This document shows positions 33,072-37,821 of a stretch of DNA of 37,821 bases, one piece after another. The notes below the pieces were generated by a model. The model made no database searches. It saw only the letters and a list, made by a program, of their open reading frames with translations, and had not been told where the DNA came from. The stretch is taken from contig JAYEIP010000084.1 of NCBI GenBank assembly GCA_034660155.1, positions 1 to 37,821 on the forward strand, in the 5' to 3' direction. How positions within the stretch are numbered: position 1 is the first letter of the stretch; every line of letters starts with the position of its first letter. This DNA is from Actinomycetota bacterium (GTDB taxonomy: Bacteria > Actinomycetota > Acidimicrobiia > Spongiisociales > UBA5794). The position numbers and the translations under genes were made by a program.

Positions 33072-35600
33072 ATGGTCGACCGCGATTCGTCACGAGCCCC
33101 TGGAGCACCCTTGATTCCCGTCGCAGGGGAGGAGGGGTATCGACGTCGGCGATTGCCGAGTGACCTCCTCAGGCTGGTCGTGGCTCTCCTGGCCGGAGCG
33201 ATCGGGTTTTTGCTCGCCAGCGTCCTCGACAACATCAGCGTAGGTATCACTATTGAGGTGATCGATGCGTTCGATGGGTTGCCGGCAGCGATGGTCGTCA
33301 CGACGATTCTTGCCATCCAACTCGTAGCCTGGATCCTCCCGGTCGTGGTCCTGGGCCTGTTGTTGTTCTGGCGGCGCTACCGCAGGCTGACACTCGTCAT
33401 CCTTTCCATGGCGGTCGCGGTCGGGGTTTCGTGGGGTATCCAGAGCGAGCTCACGGCGCGTTTCGCGCCACCAGAACTGGCTGTAGATCCACCCGCGTGG
33501 GTTTGCGACAATCTGGCACGATCAGCGGAGCAGGGTGTAAGCGCCGACGACGCGGGTGCCGTCGGGGACATCGTTACTGAGCCAGGCGAAACCATCGAAA
33601 GCGTCTTCGGGTCACATGCGTGCGTTCCCGGCGACGGCTTTCCTTCGATGGTGTACATCGCCGGACTCGCTGCCGGATTCTCCACGCTGACACCGTGGCT
33701 CAATCGCCGCTGGCGCCGCGCCGGGTGGATAGTCCTATTGGTGTTCCTCACAGTGCGGCTCATTGACGGTCTGTTGATCCCCGTGGACGCGCTCCTGATC
33801 GTGGCCCTGGCTTACGCCATCGGAGCAGGAACATTGCTCATATTTGGCTCCCCGGACCGCAGGCCCAAGGCCTCCGACGTAGCGACGACCTTGACCCTGC
33901 TCGGCTTCGACATTGCCACGGTCGAGCCGGCCAAGGTAAGGGGGACCAGTACGAGGCTGTTTGCGGTTCGAGCAACAAGCGGCCGCCGTATTTTCGTGAA
34001 GGTGCGCAGTCCAGAGGAACGAGCGGCCGAGATACTGTTTCGCATCTATCGCTCGCTGCGTCTCAAAGGCTTCGGCGACGAGAGGCCTTTCGCATCGCTT
34101 CATCGGGAGGTAGAGCATGAGGCGGGGATGTCGCTTGCGGCGTCTGCTGCCGGCGTACACACCCCACAGCTGTTGAGAGTTGCGGATGTGACGGCGACAT
34201 CTATGTTGATCGCCTACGACGAGATCGATGCGCAAGCACTCGATGAAGTCGATTCCGCTCTGATAACCGACGAGGTGCTCCGATCGACGTGGGCACAGAT
34301 CGGACAGCTGCACTCGGCACGCATCGCACACCGGCATCTGAGCCCTGCCAACGTCCTCGTCACGTCTGAGGGACAACCATGGTTGGTCGATTTCGCGTTT
34401 GCTGAGGTATCCGCTTCCGATGGCGACCTCAGTGGGGACATCGCTCAGTTGATGGTCACTCTGTCTCTGGTGGCCGGGGCGAGCCGGACCGTAGCGGCAG
34501 CCGTGGACCAGTTGGGGTCGGACGCAGTCGCGGGTGCTGCTCCACGACTCCAGCCGACCGCCCTCAGCACTACAACCCGGGATGCTCTCAAGAAACGCAA
34601 GGGTCTCCTCAAGGAGATCCAGTCTGAGGTCAAGGTCTGTACCGGTCTCGAAGACGTTGGGCTGGAGAAGCTGGAGCGGGTGAATTCTCGCACCGTCTTC
34701 ACAACTGTCATGCTCGGCTTCGCTTTCTACTTCCTAATACCGCAGCTAGCCGAGGTCGACTTCGACGAGGTTGTTGGTGCTGACTGGCAGTGGTTCCCCG
34801 TGGTCATCCTGTTCTCCCTACTGACCTATGTAGGCGCGGCCGTTGCATTAATGGGTGCGATGCCTGAGCGGCTGCGATTCCTCCCGACCCTGCTGGCGCA
34901 GGTGGCGGCATCCTTCTTCAACCGCATTGCCCCGGCAAAGGTGGGCGGCATCGCCGCCAACATCAGGTACCTGCAAAAGAGCGGCATTGACCCGGCGGTG
35001 GCTATCGCCGGCGTCGGACTCAACAACGTCGCGGGAATCGTCGTTCACGTGCTGCTCCTGACCATCTTTGTAACGACGGCGGGTCGCTCTGCGACCGATG
35101 TCATCGCGCTTCCGTCGGGCGAAACTGTCCTCTTTGGGCTGGTGATTGTGCTCACCGCGACCGGCGGACTGATGCTGTTGCCGTGGGGCCGTACCCTGTG
35201 GCTACGACGGATCTGGCCCATCTTGCGCAAGTCGTTGTCGGGTGTCACCAAGGTCGCCGTCAACCCGGTGAAAATGCTGGAGCTGTTCGGTGGCTCATTT
35301 GTGATCACGATGTCGTACGTGTTTGGTCTCTGGTACAGCATCGCCGCCTTCGGCGGAGGTATCGGCTTCGTGGCGGTCACGGCCGTCTACCTGGCCGGTT
35401 CGGCGCTCGCCCAAGTGGCCCCGACGCCGGGTGGCATTGGCGCCGCCGAGGCCGCCCTCATCGCCGGGCTCACGGCGTTCGGTCTCGACGCTGTCGTCGC
35501 CGTTCCGGCTGTGTTCCTTTTCCGGATCGGCACTTTCTGGTTCCCGATCCTTCCCGGGTATCTCGCATACAAGCGGCTCCAGGCCATCGGCGCCCTCTAG
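33072..35600 (+). CDS. Multidomain membrane protein: degenerate PAP2-like TM region, kinase-like domain (HRH instead of HRD), LPG-synthase-TM/flippase-like C-terminal domain
   Basis: PAP2-like remnants are FPSMV (for PSGH) and TVRLIDGLLIPVDAL (for SRxxxxxHxxxD). Kinase-like motifs are IFVKV, IAHRHLSPANVLV and LVDFAF. The C-terminal 8-TM region has FFNRIAPAKVGGIAANIRYL, typical of the UPF0104/MprF TM domain. Confidence 0.7.
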   Translation: MVDRDSSRAPGAPLIPVAGEEGYRRRRLPSDLLRLVVALLAGAIGFLLASVLDNISVGITIEVIDAFDGLPAAMVVTTILAIQLVAWILPVVVLGLLLFWRRYRRLTLVILSMAVAVGVSWGIQSELTARFAPPELAVDPPAWVCDNLARSAEQGVSADDAGAVGDIVTEPGETIESVFGSHACVPGDGFPSMVYIAGLAAGFSTLTPWLNRRWRRAGWIVLLVFLTVRLIDGLLIPVDALLIVALAYAIGAGTLLIFGSPDRRPKASDVATTLTLLGFDIATVEPAKVRGTSTRLFAVRATSGRRIFVKVRSPEERAAEILFRIYRSLRLKGFGDERPFASLHREVEHEAGMSLAASAAGVHTPQLLRVADVTATSMLIAYDEIDAQALDEVDSALITDEVLRSTWAQIGQLHSARIAHRHLSPANVLVTSEGQPWLVDFAFAEVSASDGDLSGDIAQLMVTLSLVAGASRTVAAAVDQLGSDAVAGAAPRLQPTALSTTTRDALKKRKGLLKEIQSEVKVCTGLEDVGLEKLERVNSRTVFTTVMLGFAFYFLIPQLAEVDFDEVVGADWQWFPVVILFSLLTYVGAAVALMGAMPERLRFLPTLLAQVAASFFNRIAPAKVGGIAANIRYLQKSGIDPAVAIAGVGLNNVAGIVVHVLLLTIFVTTAGRSATDVIALPSGETVLFGLVIVLTATGGLMLLPWGRTLWLRRIWPILRKSLSGVTKVAVNPVKMLELFGGSFVITMSYVFGLWYSIAAFGGGIGFVAVTAVYLAGSALAQVAPTPGGIGAAEAALIAGLTAFGLDAVVAVPAVFLFRIGTFWFPILPGYLAYKRLQAIGAL

Positions 35601-35740
35601 GAGACCGGGTTGCCTCAGGGTGTTCCGGGGCGGAGCGGCCGGTCTTCACGTTCCCTGATGCGATGGTGCGAGGTGTCAACACGTCGCCGCTCGGTGCACC
35701 CAACCTGCTCCGCTGCCGGGCTCGACCTCGCCAACACAGG

Positions 35741-36898
35741 TCATTCGGACCGGATGATGTCCCCGGTGTCGATTGTTGCGTTGGAGACGGTCTGTCGCCG
35801 GGAACCGCGAAGAAGCGTGACCCGACCGAAACGTGCCGGCAGGCACTCCGCGGTGAGGTAGTCGGGTCCGTCCATCAATTGATAATGGAGGTGCGAGTAG
35901 ACCGTGGCGGCCCCGGAGAAGCCGATCCGCCCAAGCAGATCCCCGGCTTTCACCAGCTCGCCTGCTTCTACGTTGATACTCCCGGCCAAGAAATGGAACA
36001 GGTGGCTGTACTCGCGGTCGTTATGCCGGATCACGACGTAGTTTCCGGCCAGGTCGTGGACCCGGCTGCCCGCTACGGCGGCATCGAAATCGAACGGGCT
36101 CTCGTAGTGGTCCGGTTTGCCGTCGACAGCGACCGCCACTTCCCCATCGGCAGGGGAGAAGACGGGTGCTCCGTCCGAGTAAAACCGTCTTGCATCCGGG
36201 AACCGGAGGTCGTAGTTAGCCTCCCGCTCTTCGTCGGGCATGCGACGGGTATTGCCGTCCTCTCCAATGTGAACAAAGTCGAGCGCGTAGCGGGCGAAAT
36301 TGGTCTGCATTGCTCCCTGGGTATAGGCACGGGCGATGTTCATGTCGAATCTTCGGTGGTGCGAGAAGTAGTCGTGCCCGTCGATCACGGTGACGGTGCC
36401 TCTCACCGGTAGCGCAAGTTGCACGGCTTGGTTGTAGGTCGTCGGAGTAACCACGACATTCCCGTAGTAGAACTCCTGATTCGTTTCGATGTCACGGAAC
36501 GTGAACATGTACCGCAGGTGGTCCATTGCGAGGTCCACCGGGAAGGTGTGGAACGGGTTGAACAGGTGGAGCGGTTGCGTTCCCTCGATCCGGGTCGCCA
36601 CCAGAGTCTCGATGCCGGCCGGGCCGACTGCGTTCCGGTTGACGTATCGGTAGGTGAGAAGCCGATCCTGCTGGTCGTATGCCGCCACCTTCAGGAACAC
36701 GAGATCGAGCACCCGTGTGGTGAGACCGGTCAGCGAGAAGTCGAAATTCAGGTGGACGCCGTAGCGTCCCGCCTCGGCGTAGATGACTTCGGGCTCTACC
36801 GAGATGTGAACTACGGTTTCCGTCGAGGTGTGATCCGACAGGAAACCTTCCAGTCGTGGAGCGACAGGTGGGTCCAGCGTCCGCTCCTTCTGCGTCAA
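35741..36898 (-). CDS. M23 family metallopeptidase without signal peptide, with ~250-aa N-terminal domain of unknown function
   Basis: HRRFD (HxxxD) and YSHLHYQL (HxH) motifs. NYVVIRHNDREYSHLFHF...GDLLGRIGFSG. TTG start at 36898. No hydrophobic N-terminus. Confidence 0.7.
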   Translation of the reverse strand: MTQKERTLDPPVAPRLEGFLSDHTSTETVVHISVEPEVIYAEAGRYGVHLNFDFSLTGLTTRVLDLVFLKVAAYDQQDRLLTYRYVNRNAVGPAGIETLVATRIEGTQPLHLFNPFHTFPVDLAMDHLRYMFTFRDIETNQEFYYGNVVVTPTTYNQAVQLALPVRGTVTVIDGHDYFSHHRRFDMNIARAYTQGAMQTNFARYALDFVHIGEDGNTRRMPDEEREANYDLRFPDARRFYSDGAPVFSPADGEVAVAVDGKPDHYESPFDFDAAVAGSRVHDLAGNYVVIRHNDREYSHLFHFLAGSINVEAGELVKAGDLLGRIGFSGAATVYSHLHYQLMDGPDYLTAECLPARFGRVTLLRGSRRQTVSNATIDTGDIIRSE

Positions 36899-37110
36899 GA
36901 CAGCTCCCTCAGTGGCCTTGCCGCAACATTACCGTCCTCGGCTGCGGTGCGATATGGGTCGATTGGCTGTGTCAGATGGCGCCCTTCTGAGCGATTCACA
37001 CCTGCCGGAGCGGTCGGGGATTTCTTATTGAGCCACAGCGACGTTTCACGGTAACCGTCGTCTCGGAGCACGCTGCCGACCAGAATGGACCGATCAGAGG
37101 AAGGGATCAC

Positions 37111-37530
37111 ATGGGCAAATTCTTCTTTCGGCTCTTCACCGGGCTCCATGCCAGGTTGTACAAGCTGTTTGGTGGCCGGTTCTTCGGAGGGGGGAGCAAG
37201 GACGGTTCCGTGCTCGTCCTCACCCACAAAGGTGCCAAGAGCGGCAAGCTGCGCGACACGCCGTTGATGTTTGTAAACCATGACGACGGGTATCTACTGA
37301 TTGGCTCGGCGGGAGGAAGTGATCAGAATCCGGGTTGGTATTACAACCTGATGGCCAACCCCGAGACCACTGTCCATATCGCCGGCGAGACGGTCGGGGT
37401 GCGGGCGCACGATGCCGGTGCGGAACGTGACGCTCTCTGGGATAAGGTCGTCGATACCGAGCCCCGCTTCGGTCGCTACGAGTCTCGGACCGAGCGGGTG
37501 ATCCCGGTGGTGATCCTGGAGAAGGTGTAA
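37111..37530 (+). CDS. Deazaflavin (F420)-dependent nitroreductase/oxidoreductase family protein (DDN-like)
   Basis: VLVLTHKGAKSGKLRDTPLMFV..DG.YLLIGSAGGSDQNPGWYYNLMANP...V........A......ERD.LW, typical of the family. SD GGAAGGGA. Confidence 0.75.
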   Translation: MGKFFFRLFTGLHARLYKLFGGRFFGGGSKDGSVLVLTHKGAKSGKLRDTPLMFVNHDDGYLLIGSAGGSDQNPGWYYNLMANPETTVHIAGETVGVRAHDAGAERDALWDKVVDTEPRFGRYESRTERVIPVVILEKV

Positions 37531-37566
37531 GCGGCGCGTTTTCCAGCGAGGACGCCCCTTGCGTGG

Positions 37567-37821
37567 CTCGGACACCTGCTCAGTTGGCAATCGTAGTCCA
37601 GACGCCTGCTCAGACCCCGGAGTTCGCTTTGCGAGTTCCCAAGGTACTCACGTTGGTGTGTGTGCCGATACGTGTCAACGGACACGAGTTCAGGCCCCGG
37701 AGTTCGCTTTGCGAGTTCCCAAGGTACTCACGTTGGTGTGTGTGCCGATACGTGTCAACGGACACGAGTTCAGGCCCCGGAGTTCGCTTTGCGAGTTCCC
37801 AAGGTACTCACGTTGGTGTGT
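37567..37821 (+). repeat. Mosaic intergenic repeat, copy D (M1-M1'-M2), expanding into an exact 80-bp tandem array that runs off the window
   Basis: M1 ctcggacacctgctcag (37567-37583). M1' tccagacgcctgctcag (37597-37613). The 80-bp units 37615-37694 and 37695-37774 are identical, and a third partial unit reaches 37821. Confidence 0.85.

Noticed and set aside
35183-36412. 409-aa plus-strand ORF overlapping the ends of the 842-aa gene and the M23 gene
   Set aside because: It is antisense to, or out of frame with, two motif-supported genes. Its Arg/Gly/Pro-rich translation has no domain signal.
36895-37281. 128-aa minus-strand ORF upstream of the M23 gene
   Set aside because: Its first ~57 codons overlap the well-supported DDN-like gene on the opposite strand. 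Only the shorter GTG-37110 version is retained, as a low-confidence remark in the findings.
37615-37821. Possible CRISPR array at the right edge
   Set aside because: The whole 80-bp period is identical between units. There are no unique spacers, so this is a tandem repeat and not a repeat-spacer array. No cas genes are seen.

Overview
GC-rich, actinobacterial-type chromosomal window; calls rest on synteny and protein motifs read by eye, and no homology search was run. The left end holds the conserved cell-division and trans-translation neighbourhood. ftsE, ftsX and a coiled-coil M23 peptidase are translationally coupled and followed by smpB. Two opposite-strand genes (a TlpA-like redoxin and a nucleoside 2-deoxyribosyltransferase-like protein) separate smpB from a clear tmRNA gene (ssrA, 5360-5713) with its terminator. 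The centre (6.7-19.9 kb) is an accessory-looking block of secreted proteins. Four of them each carry exactly three tandem copies of a ~60-aa SLH-like module in which two invariant cysteines (G-C-N-P-P...[FY]-C-P) replace the canonical segment. These modules are fused to unrelated domains: polysaccharide-lyase-like plus beta-helix, metzincin-like, a beta-rich unknown domain, and a Cys/His-rich unknown domain. A lipoprotein S1C-PDZ protease, DUF1992, YceI and a GH1 beta-glucosidase lie alongside. I consider this portable, triplicated, probably disulfide-clamped anchoring module the best candidate for something undescribed. The right half holds an MFS transporter, a cytidylate-kinase-like protein and gltBD. 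An envelope-flavoured cluster follows:
- a frameshifted DUF2807 lipoprotein
- an MMPL transporter with an in-frame 244-aa two-TM N-terminal fusion
- a protein with degenerate PAP2-like, Asp-to-His kinase-like and LPG-synthase-TM-like parts
- a signal-less M23 peptidase

An F420-type deazaflavin-dependent oxidoreductase comes last. A mosaic intergenic repeat family built from at least three hairpin-containing modules occurs at four intergenic sites. At the right edge it expands into an exact 80-bp tandem array that runs off the window. No rRNA, tRNA, CRISPR array, transposase or integrase was recognised.
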